64,000 nucleotides of DNA from Limnothrix sp. BL-A-16 (lineage in GTDB: Bacteria; Cyanobacteriota; Cyanobacteriia; CACIAM-69d). Position 1 is the first letter of the stretch, and every line of letters begins with the position of its first letter. Of this stretch, positions 21,025 to 31,955 are shown piece by piece. Both the position numbers and the translations under genes were made by a program. The stretch is taken from assembly GCA_041937175.2 (NCBI GenBank), contig CP166615.1, forward strand, positions 2,400,001 through 2,464,000, read 5' to 3'. Below the pieces are notes generated by a model. That model saw only the letters and a list, made by a program, of their open reading frames with translations. It searched no databases and was not told where the DNA came from.

Positions 21025-22077
21025 TTAGCCCGATCCCCGCTGTAGCAAAGATTCCACTCGGTTGACTTCTTCGGAGCTGCCAATAATCAGGGGCGATCGG
21101 GCATGAAGTCGATCGGGAATCAGATCCATGATTGGTTGCTGGCCGTCGCTGGCCTGGCCACCCGCTTGCTCAATCAAAAAAGCAAGAGGAGCTGCTTCAT
21201 ACAGCAACCGCAGTTTGCCTTGGGGTTTTTGGCGGGTTCCTGGATACAAAAACACGCCCCCTTGAAACAGGATGCGATGCAGATCGGCCACTAAGGCTCC
21301 GCTGTAGCGGGAAGAGTAGCCACCCACTTCCCGAAAGTATTGAATACAGGCTTGGGTGGCTGGCTCCCATTGGCCAAAGTTGCCTTCATTGACGCTGTAG
21401 AGCTTGCCACTGGGAGGAATTTTCAGGTTTTCGTGGCTGAGGATAAATTCTCCAAGGCTGGGATCGAGGGTGAAGGCATGGACTCCGCGCCCGATCGAGT
21501 AAACCAGCATGGTGCTGGGGCCGTAGAGAATGTAACCGGCGGCCAGTTGCTTGTGGCCCGATTGCAGCAGGTCGGCAGCTTCGCCCGTTTCGTCGTTGCC
21601 TTCCTGTTGGCGAATGGCGAAGATCGATCCCACATTGAGGTCAATATCAATGTTGGAGGAACCGTCGATCGGGTCATAGAGCAGGGTATAGCGACCGATC
21701 GGGCAATTTTCAGGAATGTAATAGGGACGCTCCATTTCCTCGGAAGCCAAGCGACAAACCAAGCCACTTTGCTTAAACACCGAAATAAAAACATCGTTGG
21801 CGTAGAGATCCATCTTTTTGACGGCCTCGCCTTGGACGTTGGTGCTGCCCGTGAAGCCCAGCGCATCTTCCATCAAACCCGATCGGCTCAGGTGGCGAGC
21901 GATGAGTTTGCCCGCCAAGGCAATTCGGTTCATTAGGGCGCTGAGATCTTGGGCATCGGAGCCAAAACTTTGCAGTTGTTGCAGCACATGGCGACCCAGC
22001 GTGGTGCAATCTCGATCGAGCGATCGCTCCTGAGTCACAACGTAACTGGCGGAATCAACACTGGCAGCATCAGCCAT
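21025..22077 (-). CDS. fbp: Class 1 fructose-1,6-bisphosphatase
   Basis: [24 protein letters not shown]. Confidence 0.96.
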   Translation of the reverse strand: MADAASVDSASYVVTQERSLDRDCTTLGRHVLQQLQSFGSDAQDLSALMNRIALAGKLIARHLSRSGLMEDALGFTGSTNVQGEAVKKMDLYANDVFISVFKQSGLVCRLASEEMERPYYIPENCPIGRYTLLYDPIDGSSNIDIDLNVGSIFAIRQQEGNDETGEAADLLQSGHKQLAAGYILYGPSTMLVYSIGRGVHAFTLDPSLGEFILSHENLKIPPSGKLYSVNEGNFGQWEPATQACIQYFREVGGYSSRYSGALVADLHRILFQGGVFLYPGTRQKPQGKLRLLYEAAPLAFLIEQAGGQASDGQQPIMDLIPDRLHARSPLIIGSSEEVNRVESLLQRGSG

Positions 22078-22343
22078 CTCAGAACCTCTCGTGACTGACG
22101 ACAGAACGGCGACAGAACATTGCCCCCGGGGTCATGCCTTCAGTGTAGGAACCGATTTCCGAAAAGCTGGGGCGTTTTTAGAGAAACTTCATTAGTTCGT
22201 CGTAGTTCGTCGCAGTCCTTTGCAGTCCGTCGTAATTGACCGATGGATGATCCGCTGCGCCCGTTTGTTGGTGTCCTGGTAAGCATTCAACAAACTTTTC
22301 AGCATCTAACCAATCGCTCAAGACCCAGAAAGATCCAAAAACG

Positions 22344-22376
22344 AAAGGGGCCAAGTCTCGTAGACTGACCCCTTTT
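22344..22376 (-). terminator. Intrinsic terminator downstream of the RRM gene
   Basis: AAAGGGG..AGTCT-CGT-AGACT..CCCCTTTT hairpin with a T-run on the minus strand. Confidence 0.65.
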
Positions 22377-22479
22377 CCAGAAGAGTATTGCTATTTCAGC
22401 GGAACCAAAACTTTGGTTCCCCGATCGGGCAATTCTGAATTAGGCAGACTGTTTTCCGCCGCGTTCCATCTCTGAAGAC

Positions 22480-22773
22480 TTAGAACGCGTTATGGAAAAA
22501 CGAGCGCCCACCGCCACCACCGGAGCGAGGCTCCTTAGGACGAGCCTTATTGGCACGGATTTGGCGGCCCATCCATTCTGCTCCATCGAGTTCTTTGATG
22601 GCGTGCTCTTCGGCCTGGTCGCTTTCAAGATCGATGAAGGCGAAACCGCGAATTCGGTTCACTTCGCGGTCGATCGGCAGGGTGATACGCTTAACAACGC
22701 CATACTCCGAGAAAACTTCTTGGAGATCCTGCTCGGTAGCGTCGTAAGAAAGATTGCCAACGTAAATCGTCAT
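22480..22773 (-). CDS. RRM RNA-binding protein (Rbp family, Gly-rich tail)
   Basis: IYVGNLS (RNP2), RGFAFI (RNP1), LDGAEWMGR. Confidence 0.95.
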   Translation of the reverse strand: MTIYVGNLSYDATEQDLQEVFSEYGVVKRITLPIDREVNRIRGFAFIDLESDQAEEHAIKELDGAEWMGRQIRANKARPKEPRSGGGGGRSFFHNAF

Positions 22774-23358
22774 TTGAGTCCGGAACGGTAAAACAAGCGC
22801 GTGAAGTCTTCAGTTCAATTTGTCTCATGAGAACTTGGGTAAGCGGACTGGGACACAGTTCCACAAACTAAATTCCCACGCGGTGCTAGGCCCCAAGTCT
22901 ATTGAGATTGTGCCCGATCGCGATCGCGCTCAAAACAAAAGGATCTGAAAGAACATCACCATGATAGCGCCCTAGAGGGGCACTACTGGCGTAAACTTGG
23001 GAGTTTATTTTCCAATCCGGGGTAAGTCAGGGGTTGGCAGCGGGTAAATAGCTTGGATTTGGGGGCAAATTGCCCCTTCTCGATCGTTACCAATCGTTGA
23101 CGACCCTTCACCCCTAATCGTCCGGATCCTCGGTGGCCGTGGGCGATCGCCCCGTTGCTTCCCACCCGGCTCTCAGCCTCGATCCATCGGAGATCTCTAT
23201 CTATCTATATAAAGATCCCCGATGGATAAGGATCCCCAATAGCTCAGGAACCGTCAGCAAGCTTCCGCCCATTTAGCTTTGAGCCTTGGCCGCTCAGGTT
23301 CAACCGTTGACGATGGGTTCAGGAATTCGCTGACTCAAATTCGCTGACCTGAATCCAT

Positions 23359-23577
23359 TTACTCGATCGAGATCGACTGAGGGCCGCCGCTGGGGCTGCT
23401 GGGCGCAGACTCCGTGGAGCCATTGGGGCGATCGCTCCCCAACTGTTGCTCCAACCAGCTCTTGATCGGATCCTGATTCAGATCCAGGCGCAACAGGCCG
23501 GAAGCCAGTCCACCCAAGAAGCTCACGGGCTGTTTGAGGCCTTCTTCAACAAGGGGTTTGAGTTCTTCTAGGAACAT
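23359..23577 (-). CDS. Small hypothetical protein, probably a conserved cyanobacterial family
   Basis: MFLEELKP...QPVSFLGG..SGLLRLDL..DPIKSWL...GPQSISIE. Confidence 0.8.
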   Translation of the reverse strand: MFLEELKPLVEEGLKQPVSFLGGLASGLLRLDLNQDPIKSWLEQQLGSDRPNGSTESAPSSPSGGPQSISIE

Positions 23578-23643
23578 AGGGCCGGACACACCGTTTACAA
23601 ATTGCAAGAATTGCTGTCCAGTGTATCAAGAGGTTTTCGGTTG

Positions 23644-24354
23644 ATGGGTAGTGGAAATCAAGAGTCGATCGCCCCGAGCAACGCCAGCACGGGCAGCCGA
23701 CTCATTACCTCCCTAGTTGCGCCAGCGGTCAAACTCTGGCTTCGATCCCAGGTGGAAGCCGCCACTGAAATCACCGTGCGGCTGGATGGACGCGATCGGG
23801 AAATTCTTGCGGGTCGCCTACCCCAAGCCCAAATTAACGCCGAATCCGTGGTTTATCAGGGCTTGCACCTCAGCCATCTCAACCTGCAAGCCACCAACAT
23901 TGCCGTCAATTTGGGGCAAGTGCTGCGCGGCAAGCCCCTAAGGCTAATGCAGCCCATTCCCGTCAGCGCGGAATTAAAACTTTTTGCCCCCGACTTGGCA
24001 GCCTCTTTGGCGGCTCCCCTGCTGGCCCCGGCGTTGGCGGACTTTCTGGCTCCCCTGCTGGCCCTTTGGGGGCGACCCGTCACTTTCGAGCAACCCCAAG
24101 CCACCCTGGCCGGAGGGCGGTTAATTTTATCAGGGGCGATCGAGCAGCAACCGGTGCAACTTTGCCTGGGGTTGGAATTGGTTGACCCCCAAACCTTGCA
24201 ACTCTGCAATCCCCAGTGGCTGAACCAGGCAGGTGAGCCGATCGCCCAAGGATCCTCCGTGCTCCTGCCTTTGGGCGAAGACGTGGCCATCAGCGACCTC
24301 TCGATCGAACCCGAAGGACTCCAATGCACCGGTACTTTGCTAGTGCGCCCCTGA
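23644..24354 (+). CDS. DUF2993/LmeA-like protein
   Basis: PAVKLWLRSQVE, VYQGLHLS, NLGQVLRGKPLRL. Confidence 0.75.
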   Translation: MGSGNQESIAPSNASTGSRLITSLVAPAVKLWLRSQVEAATEITVRLDGRDREILAGRLPQAQINAESVVYQGLHLSHLNLQATNIAVNLGQVLRGKPLRLMQPIPVSAELKLFAPDLAASLAAPLLAPALADFLAPLLALWGRPVTFEQPQATLAGGRLILSGAIEQQPVQLCLGLELVDPQTLQLCNPQWLNQAGEPIAQGSSVLLPLGEDVAISDLSIEPEGLQCTGTLLVRP

Positions 24355-24500
24355 TCGGTCTATTTATACAAGTCGCCTATCTATATAGATAGATCAAAAT
24401 AGATGGGTCAAATTAGCCAGACCCAATAACAACTTCAACTCGATCCAGTCGGACGAACAGGGAAGCGGGCCCCATTCAGCCGATCTAGCTGCATCGGAAT

Positions 24501-24794
24501 TTAGTGAATGACCAAAGCCGCATCGCTGACCAAACAAAGCCCTCCTACCCGCTTCAAAATCGGGCGAAGTAGCTTCACCAACTGATCTAACTGGTTCACA
24601 TCCTGGCAAGTGGTCAGGATATAGCAATTGCCAAACTCCCGGCCTAGATCATTGGTGAACTCTCCCCGATCGCCCTTTCCTGAAGCATCGCGAATTACCG
24701 TATAACCTGGAAACTTCAGCCCATCCAGCATTTCCAAGATTTCCTCTAGTTCCAAAGAGCTAACAATAATTTCCACACGTTTTGTTAATTGCAT
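24501..24794 (-). CDS. sbtB: PII-like protein SbtB
   Basis: KRVEII, GYTVIRDASGKGDRG, GGLCLVSD; follows sbtA. Confidence 0.8.
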   Translation of the reverse strand: MQLTKRVEIIVSSLELEEILEMLDGLKFPGYTVIRDASGKGDRGEFTNDLGREFGNCYILTTCQDVNQLDQLVKLLRPILKRVGGLCLVSDAALVIH

Positions 24795-24840
24795 ACAAAC
24801 CTACTAGCAAACGAGTCAATCCATGAATTCCAAAAACACC

Positions 24841-25824
24841 CTACAGACCCAGGATTTTTTCCAGTTCTAAATACAGCGGAATTCCCACAATAATGTTGAA
24901 CGGAAACGTCAAAGCCAGCGCCATCGAAACATATAAACTCGGATTCGCTTCCGGAACCGTCATCCGCATTGCTGCCGGAACCGCAATATAAGAAGCACTG
25001 GCGCAAAGCACCGCAAACAATAACCCATTGCCTTCGCCAATTCCCAGCAACTTCGCAATCACAATCCCCACCACCGCATTCACCAGCGGCACAATCACCG
25101 AAAAACCAATTAAAAATAGTCCTGTTTTTTTCAAATCTCGAATTCGTTTGGCGGCAATGATGCCCATATCCATCAGGAAAAACGTCAGCACACCATAGAA
25201 AATGCCCTGCGTAAAGGGTTCCAGCTTGTGCCAACCGCTGGGGCCGCTCAGCATTCCAATAATCACGCTGCCCACCAACAGCAGCACAGAACTATTCAAA
25301 AAGGCTTCCCGCAACACCTCACCCCAAGCAAAGGGATGATCGGGATCGTCCTTATCATCCTTGGCATCAAAAATTCGCACCAAAATTAGGCCGATGATAA
25401 TTGCGGGTGATTCCATTAACGCCAAAGCTGCCACCATGTAGCCGCCATAGCTAATGTGCAGTTGATCCAAAAAAGAGCTGGCCGTAATAAAAGTCACGGC
25501 ACTGATGGAACCATAGGTGGCCGCAATGGCAGCCGCATTAGGGGGATCCAGGCGAATTCTTAAGATAAAAAATGTGTAAATCGGAACCAAAGAGGCCATC
25601 ACGATCGAAGCCAGCAGCGTACCCGCCACTTGCTGAGTAATGCCGCTTTCTAGTAGCTCATAGCCCCCTTTAAACCCGATCGCCACCAATAGATAGAGCG
25701 AAAATAGCTTGGGCAGTGGTGCAGGAATTTCCAAATCTGATTTACAGAAAACGGCCAACATTCCCAAGAAAAAGAACAAGATGGGAGGATTGAGAATATT
25801 GGAAAGAATCAGGCCACTATCCAT
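24841..25824 (-). CDS. sbtA: SbtA-family Na+-dependent bicarbonate transporter (short type)
   Basis: IGFKGG, YGSISAVTF, MESPAI, SASYIAVPA, TFPFNI. Confidence 0.88.
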   Translation of the reverse strand: MDSGLILSNILNPPILFFFLGMLAVFCKSDLEIPAPLPKLFSLYLLVAIGFKGGYELLESGITQQVAGTLLASIVMASLVPIYTFFILRIRLDPPNAAAIAATYGSISAVTFITASSFLDQLHISYGGYMVAALALMESPAIIIGLILVRIFDAKDDKDDPDHPFAWGEVLREAFLNSSVLLLVGSVIIGMLSGPSGWHKLEPFTQGIFYGVLTFFLMDMGIIAAKRIRDLKKTGLFLIGFSVIVPLVNAVVGIVIAKLLGIGEGNGLLFAVLCASASYIAVPAAMRMTVPEANPSLYVSMALALTFPFNIIVGIPLYLELEKILGL

Positions 25825-26045
25825 CGGCTATCCAGAGCAAAAACTAGAAAGGGATAAATTCCAACCTAGCCCAGGTTTAGGGTTAGGTAAACCTCTGAAA
25901 CTAATTAAGATTATTCTTCATAATTATTCACTTTCACTGATGAAAACTCGCCACCACAGGTGTCACGGTTCCCCTTGCTTGCGACAGGATCAAGGCTGGA
26001 TGATGATGAGAAATTGTTTAGAAACTGTTGGTTGTAGTGGGTTCT

Positions 26046-27992
26046 ATGCCTCAAATTGCGCCCTACGGGACTTGGAAATCGCCGATTACTTCCGAAGCGA
26101 TCGTGGCGGGAACGATCGGGCTGGGCGGTGGTTGTGCGGAAGGCGAAACGTTGTATTGGAGTGAATCGCGGCCGGCCGAGGGCGGACGTGTGGCGATCGT
26201 GGCCCGGTCGCCCGAGGGCCAAACCCAAGATGTGATTGCGGCTCCTTGGAACGCTCGCAGTCGGGTGCATGAGTATGGCGGCGGTGCTTGGACGGTCGAT
26301 CGAGGCTGGATTTATTTTGTGAACTTTGCCGATCAGCGACTGTATCGCACTCGGCCGGGCCAGGAGCCGATCGCCCTCACGCCTGAACAACCCTGGCGCT
26401 ATGCGGATTTTGTGGTGGATGCCCAGCGCGATCGGGTGATTGGCATCCGCGAAGATCACAGCCAGCCCGATCGGGAGCCAGTGAACGAGTTGGTGGCGAT
26501 CGCCCTGGACGGGTCGCAACAGGTGAGCCTATTGGCAACGGGTTGGGACTTTTACGCCTCGCCGGCCCTCAGTCCCGATGGGTCGCAGTTGGCTTGGTTA
26601 ACTTGGAATCATCCCAATTTGCCTTGGGACAGCACCACTCTGTGGGTAGCGGCCATTGCCGATGATGGCTCCTTGCAAAATTCCCACATCGTGGCCGGCG
26701 GGGCCGAAGAATCCGTGTTTCAGCCCAGTTGGTCGCCTGACGGCCGATTGCATTTTGTGAGCGATCGCTCCGGTTGGTGGAATTTATATCGCCAGGAATC
26801 GGACGGCAAGGCGCAGAACCTTTGCCCCATGGAGGCGGAATTTGGCTTGCCCCAGTGGGTTTTTGGGATGAGCACCTATGGGTTTGTGGATTCAGAAACC
26901 CTGGTTTGTGCCTATACCCAAAATGGGCTGTGGCAATTGGCAAAATTAACCATTGCTGATGGAAACCTAACGGTTATTAACCAGCCCTACACATCCATTT
27001 CTGATCCCTTTGTGGCGAAAGATTTTGTCATTTTTGGGGGTGGATCAGCCGTACAAGCGGGATCGATCGTGCGGCTCGATTTGACAACCGAAGCGATCGA
27101 GGTTTTGAAAACCAGCAGCACTTTAGAATTGGATCCGGGCTATTTATCAGAACCGCAATCGATCGCATTTCCAACGACGGGCGATCGGGAAGCCTATGCC
27201 CTCTTGTATCTGCCGAAAAATCGTGATTTCCAAGCCCCAGCGGGCGAAAAACCACCCTTGAAGGTCAAAATTCACGGCGGCCCCACGGCTCAAACTTCCA
27301 GTAGTTTGAATTTGTCGATTCAATATTGGACGAGTCGCGGCTTTGCGGTGTTGGATGTGAACTATGGCGGCAGCACGGGCTATGGCCGTGCCTACCATTG
27401 CCGGTTGGATGGCCAATGGGGGCTGGTGGATGTGGATGATTGCGTGAATGGTGCGCAATATTTGGTCGATCGGGGGCTGGTGGATGGCGATCGCTTGACC
27501 ATTGCCGGGGGCAGCGCCGGGGGCTACACCACCCTGGCCGCGTTGGCTTTCCGCGACCAGTTCAAGGCCGGAGCCAGTTACTACGGCGTGAGCGATTTGG
27601 AAGCTTTGGCTCGGGATACCCATAAGTTCGAGGCCCGCTACCTCGATCGACTGATTGGCCCTTACCCGGAGCGCCAGGATATCTACATGGATCGATCGCC
27701 CATTCATCACATCGATCGGCTCAATTGTCCAGTGGCATTTTTTCAGGGTCTCGAAGATAAAATTGTGCCGCCCAATCAAGCGGAAATGATGGTGAATGCT
27801 CTCCGGGAAAAAGGAATTCCGGTGGCCTATGTGGCCTTTGAAGGGGAACAGCACGGATTCCGTAAGGCAGAAAATATTCGTCGCGCCTTGGATGGAGAAT
27901 TTTATTTCTATGCCAAGGTTTTTGGCTTTGAACCGGCGGAGGCGATCGACCCGATCGAAATTGCTAATTTGGATGACTCCATGGGTGACTAA
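26046..27992 (+). CDS. S9 family peptidase
   Basis: APYGTWKSPI, HGGPT, GGSAGG nucleophile, EQHGFR. Confidence 0.94.
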   Translation: MPQIAPYGTWKSPITSEAIVAGTIGLGGGCAEGETLYWSESRPAEGGRVAIVARSPEGQTQDVIAAPWNARSRVHEYGGGAWTVDRGWIYFVNFADQRLYRTRPGQEPIALTPEQPWRYADFVVDAQRDRVIGIREDHSQPDREPVNELVAIALDGSQQVSLLATGWDFYASPALSPDGSQLAWLTWNHPNLPWDSTTLWVAAIADDGSLQNSHIVAGGAEESVFQPSWSPDGRLHFVSDRSGWWNLYRQESDGKAQNLCPMEAEFGLPQWVFGMSTYGFVDSETLVCAYTQNGLWQLAKLTIADGNLTVINQPYTSISDPFVAKDFVIFGGGSAVQAGSIVRLDLTTEAIEVLKTSSTLELDPGYLSEPQSIAFPTTGDREAYALLYLPKNRDFQAPAGEKPPLKVKIHGGPTAQTSSSLNLSIQYWTSRGFAVLDVNYGGSTGYGRAYHCRLDGQWGLVDVDDCVNGAQYLVDRGLVDGDRLTIAGGSAGGYTTLAALAFRDQFKAGASYYGVSDLEALARDTHKFEARYLDRLIGPYPERQDIYMDRSPIHHIDRLNCPVAFFQGLEDKIVPPNQAEMMVNALREKGIPVAYVAFEGEQHGFRKAENIRRALDGEFYFYAKVFGFEPAEAIDPIEIANLDDSMGD

Positions 27993-28014
27993 ACTTTCCA
28001 ACCAGACAAAAATT

Positions 28015-28169
28015 GGGGACTCTTGCCATGTCCTAGATGCAAGCGGAAACGGTTAGTGCTCCATTCCCCAATCGTCGCGACAAGGGGCTTAAGCCCCTTG
28101 CTGCCCAACGATCCACTCACGGCGGAATCAGGGTTTTCGGCGAAACGACGACACCCCCTAAGCCCCTTG
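28015..28169. mobile_element. MITE-like element, copy 2, followed by a half-palindrome
   Basis: Palindrome 28081-28100; right end AAACGACGACACCCCC|TA|AGCCCCTTG; left end degenerate. Confidence 0.72.
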
Positions 28170-28379
28170 TCCCTTAGGTTTCTTGTTCCTCATGATCTCG
28201 GAACACCAGCATCAAGGTTTTAGGCGATTTAACAACAATCCCTCAAGGAGTTTTGGATAACCTAAAAAACTCCAGCCAAAGGATCAGAGTGCTTTTCGGT
28301 TAGCCAAAGGGCGATCGCCCCAATGGCGGTCAATAACTCCATCGAAAAATGGGTACGCTAGCATGGGCAAAAACATCCT

Positions 28380-29195
28380 ATGTTGCACCCAATTTCGTTG
28401 GCGCGATTGAAAACAACCGATCGCATCACGGCCGCCGATTGGCTCGCTTACTTCCAACAAAATCACAGCCAATTACTGGCGATTAATTGGCAACAGGCCG
28501 GGGGCTTCACCCCCCAAGAACAAAAACGGTTTCGTCAATCGATCGCCATTTTTCAGTTGGGGGAAAGCTCCGAAGGCCATCGGCTGATGCGAACGGTGCG
28601 GGCCTGGGTTGCTCAAGGGGCGGATCCCGTTTGGGTGGATGTGTTCAAGTGGTTTGTGCGGGAAGAACAGCGCCACGCGGCGGACTTGGGGCGACTGCTC
28701 GATCGCCAACAGCTTCCCCGCCTGCGACACCACTGGGCCGACGCGGCCTTTCGGTGGCTGCGGGGGGGCATGAATTGGGAATTGGCGCTGGCGATGTTGT
28801 TAACGGCGGAGGTGATGGGGTTGTTGTATGCCCGAGCCTTGCAGGGGGCGACGGCCCACCCGATCGCCCAAGCGGTTGCATGGCAAATTGAGTGGGATGA
28901 AAGTCAGCATTTGCAAATGCAGGGTCAGTTATTGGCCCAATTGCGCCAAGGCCGATCGCCCCTGAAGCGGAGGTTAACCCATGTGGCCCATCGCTGGTTT
29001 TTGGCCCTGACTCTGGGAGCCGTGTGGTTAGATCATCGTTCGGTGTTTCGGGCGGCGGGTTGGACATTTTGGTCTTTTGCCCGAGTGGCCATGGCCGAAC
29101 TCAACCAAGCGATCGACCCGAGGCCGTTGACGATGCCGCGCCCCATCGTTCAGCCCATTTCTCGACAACAACGCTCCAGATCCCAAGATGATTAG
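28380..29195 (+). CDS. Ferritin-like (di-iron four-helix) protein
   Basis: LGESSEG, EEQRH, AEVMG, DESQH; overlaps pdxA start. Confidence 0.75.
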   Translation: MLHPISLARLKTTDRITAADWLAYFQQNHSQLLAINWQQAGGFTPQEQKRFRQSIAIFQLGESSEGHRLMRTVRAWVAQGADPVWVDVFKWFVREEQRHAADLGRLLDRQQLPRLRHHWADAAFRWLRGGMNWELALAMLLTAEVMGLLYARALQGATAHPIAQAVAWQIEWDESQHLQMQGQLLAQLRQGRSPLKRRLTHVAHRWFLALTLGAVWLDHRSVFRAAGWTFWSFARVAMAELNQAIDPRPLTMPRPIVQPISRQQRSRSQDD

Positions 29196-30246
29196 ATTAG
29201 CTATTCCCATTGGCGACCCGGCGGGCATTGGGCCTGAAGTCGTGCTGAAGGCACTGGCGGATCCGGCGGTGGCGGCTTTGCGGCCGGTGCTGGTGGGGAG
29301 CCGATCGATCCTGGCCCACACCTACGCACAACTTCAGCCGCGCAGTTCCCAGCCGATCGCCGACCCGGCCAAATTGAGGATCCTGGATATTCCGATCGAC
29401 CCGCTGTTGGAGCGATCGATTTACTTGGGAGTCGAAAATGCAGCCGCCGGAGCCGCCAGCTTCACTTGGCTCGATGCGGCCCTGGCGGCCACGGCGGCGG
29501 GCCGGTTTGCGGCAATTGTCACCGCGCCGATCAGCAAAGCCGCCTGGCATTCAGCGGGCCACGCCTTCCCTGGACAAACGGAGGTTTGTGCCGAGCGGGC
29601 CGGGGTCGATCGGTTTGGGATGGCCTTTGTGGGTCGATCGCCCCAAACCGGTTGGAAACTTTGCGCCCTATTGGCCACCGCCCATATTCCCTTGCATCAG
29701 GTTCCTGTGGTGCTCACACCAGAACTGCTCGATCGCAAGCTAGATTTGCTGATCACCATGCTCGATCGGGACTTGGGGATCACCCATCCCACCATCGCGA
29801 TCGCCGGCTTGAATCCCCACAGCGGCGAAGGGGGACAACTGGGCACCGAGGAGCGCGATTGGCTGATTCCCTGGTTGGCCCAAGCACGCGATCGCTACCC
29901 CAACGCCACCCTCCGCGGCCCCATTCCCCCAGACACCATGTGGGTAACAGCGGGCCAAGCTTGGTTTGGACCCACCATGCCAGCCGGGTTACCCGATGCC
30001 TACTTAGCGCTTTATCACGACCAAGGGTTGATTCCCGTGAAGCTGATGGCCTTCGATCGCGCCGTCAACACCACAATCGGCCTGCCCTTTGTGCGCACCT
30101 CCCCCGACCACGGCACGGCCTTTGATATTGCCGGCCAAGGCATTGCCAACCCCGCCAGCATGATTGAGGCAATCCATTGGGCGATCGAACTCACGGAAAC
30201 CCGCAACCAATGGCGCGATCGAGTTGTGGCCACTTACCGAGAATAA
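29188..30246 (+). CDS. pdxA: 4-hydroxythreonine-4-phosphate dehydrogenase
   Basis: [39 protein letters not shown]. Confidence 0.96.
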   Translation: MIRLAIPIGDPAGIGPEVVLKALADPAVAALRPVLVGSRSILAHTYAQLQPRSSQPIADPAKLRILDIPIDPLLERSIYLGVENAAAGAASFTWLDAALAATAAGRFAAIVTAPISKAAWHSAGHAFPGQTEVCAERAGVDRFGMAFVGRSPQTGWKLCALLATAHIPLHQVPVVLTPELLDRKLDLLITMLDRDLGITHPTIAIAGLNPHSGEGGQLGTEERDWLIPWLAQARDRYPNATLRGPIPPDTMWVTAGQAWFGPTMPAGLPDAYLALYHDQGLIPVKLMAFDRAVNTTIGLPFVRTSPDHGTAFDIAGQGIANPASMIEAIHWAIELTETRNQWRDRVVATYRE

Positions 30247-30277
30247 TCGGCCCCTCCAATTCACGGGAATTGGGGGT

Positions 30278-31573
30278 TTAGGCTTTCGCTTGTGCGTAAT
30301 AGTCGCGCGTGCCCTTCACCTCGATCGCTTCCCGCAGGCGATCGAGCGCATGGACATAGGCCGCCGTCCGCAGGGACAAATCCAGCGATTGGGCAAGCTG
30401 CCAAATCCGCTCCGTTTCGCGGGTCATCCGTTCCGCCAACCGCTGTTCCACCTCTGCCGCCGACCAATACAAACCGCTCCGATTTTGCACCCATTCAAAG
30501 TAGCTAACGGTCACACCGCCTGCATTGGTCAAAATGTCTGGCAAAACATAAATTCCCTTTTGACTCAGGATGCGATCGGCCTCAAAGGTAATGGGCCCGT
30601 TCGCCACTTCAAAGATCAGCTTGGCCTGGATTCGATCGGCGTTTTCCGTTGTAATTTGATTCTCCAGCGCCGCCGGAATTAACACATCAACGGGCAGCTC
30701 CAAGAGTGCTTCATTGGTAATCGATTGATGATCTGCCATGCTGCAAACCGTACCATGGCAGTAAAGGGCCTCCATGCCGCGCCCCGCTTCTTTGTTTTGG
30801 CGAATGGCAGGAATATCTAACCCCGCTGGAGCGTAAATCCCGCCCTTGGAATCGCTGACCGCCACCACTCGATAGCCCGCCCGATGGATTTGTTCAGCCA
30901 AAAAACTGCCCGCATTACCAAATCCTTGAATGGCAACGGTGGTTTCGGCCGGTGGGCGATCGAACTTGGGCAAAATGGTTTGCATCACAAAAAACGCCCC
31001 CATGGCCGTGGCTGTTTCGCGGCCCGCACTGCCGCCCAGGGCGATCGGCTTGCCCGTCACTACCGCCGGACAGGACTTGCGCTGAATGATGTTGTAGCGA
31101 TCCATCATCCAACCCATAATCGTGGCGTTGGTGTAAACATCGGGGGCCAAAATATCCACATCGGGCCCAATAAAATCCGCGATCGCATCAATATAGCCGC
31201 GCGTTAAACGCTCCAATTCCAATCGCGAAAGCTGCTTGGGATTAACTGTAATGCCACCCTTGCCACCGCCAAAGGGTAAATCCAAAACCGCACATTTAAA
31301 GGTCATCCAAAAGGCTAAGGACGTGACCTCATCCAACGACACTTGAGGATGATAGCGAACGCCACCTTTGGCAGGGCCGCGTGTATCGTCATAGCGAACT
31401 CGGTAGCCCTGAAAAACTTGCAGTGATCCATCATCCATCCGCACGGGAATTGAAACTTGCAGACTGGCTTTGGGATGTTTTAAATGTTCGATCGCATCTT
31501 CCGAAATGGCGATATGCTTCAGGGCCAAATCGAGATTTTGGCGCGCACCCACAAACAGCGATTGGCTTTCCAT
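30278..31573 (-). CDS. gdhA: Glu/Leu/Phe/Val dehydrogenase (glutamate dehydrogenase)
   Basis: GPAKGGVRY, PFGGGKGG, QGFGNAG, NAGGVTVSYFEW. Confidence 0.9.
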   Translation of the reverse strand: MESQSLFVGARQNLDLALKHIAISEDAIEHLKHPKASLQVSIPVRMDDGSLQVFQGYRVRYDDTRGPAKGGVRYHPQVSLDEVTSLAFWMTFKCAVLDLPFGGGKGGITVNPKQLSRLELERLTRGYIDAIADFIGPDVDILAPDVYTNATIMGWMMDRYNIIQRKSCPAVVTGKPIALGGSAGRETATAMGAFFVMQTILPKFDRPPAETTVAIQGFGNAGSFLAEQIHRAGYRVVAVSDSKGGIYAPAGLDIPAIRQNKEAGRGMEALYCHGTVCSMADHQSITNEALLELPVDVLIPAALENQITTENADRIQAKLIFEVANGPITFEADRILSQKGIYVLPDILTNAGGVTVSYFEWVQNRSGLYWSAAEVEQRLAERMTRETERIWQLAQSLDLSLRTAAYVHALDRLREAIEVKGTRDYYAQAKA

Positions 31574-31623
31574 GCTTCGGGTCGTCCTCTGAAGGTAATC
31601 GGAGCAACCTTCTTGATTAAATT

Positions 31624-31637
31624 GTAGTCTTTGTTAC
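31624..31637 (-). promoter_or_regulatory. NtcA box GTAACAAAGACTAC
   Basis: Perfect GTA-N8-TAC, 50 bp upstream of the gdhA ATG. Confidence 0.7.
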
Positions 31638-31955
31638 GGTTTGCTCGCTAGTCCAGGGTTCAAGCAAGAACTAGGCAGGGATCAAGCAGAGATTACGTGG
31701 GAATCGAGCCAAATTCTGAAAACCCGGGCGATCGCCCGGTGGCTGGGATCATCCTCTGGCAACCCAAAACCGAACAGGGCCCGTGGTCAGATCCCAAACG
31801 CCAGGATTAAGATGGGCCCGATGTGCGGAGGATGGCTCGATCGCTCCCCAATTGTGACCTTTTCCCGATCGCGATTGTCCTGAGTTCAAGGGCGGCCAAG
31901 AGCCGTTCGATCGAACCCAGCCGTAGTCTCATCCTCCCCACAGCATCCTCCTAGA

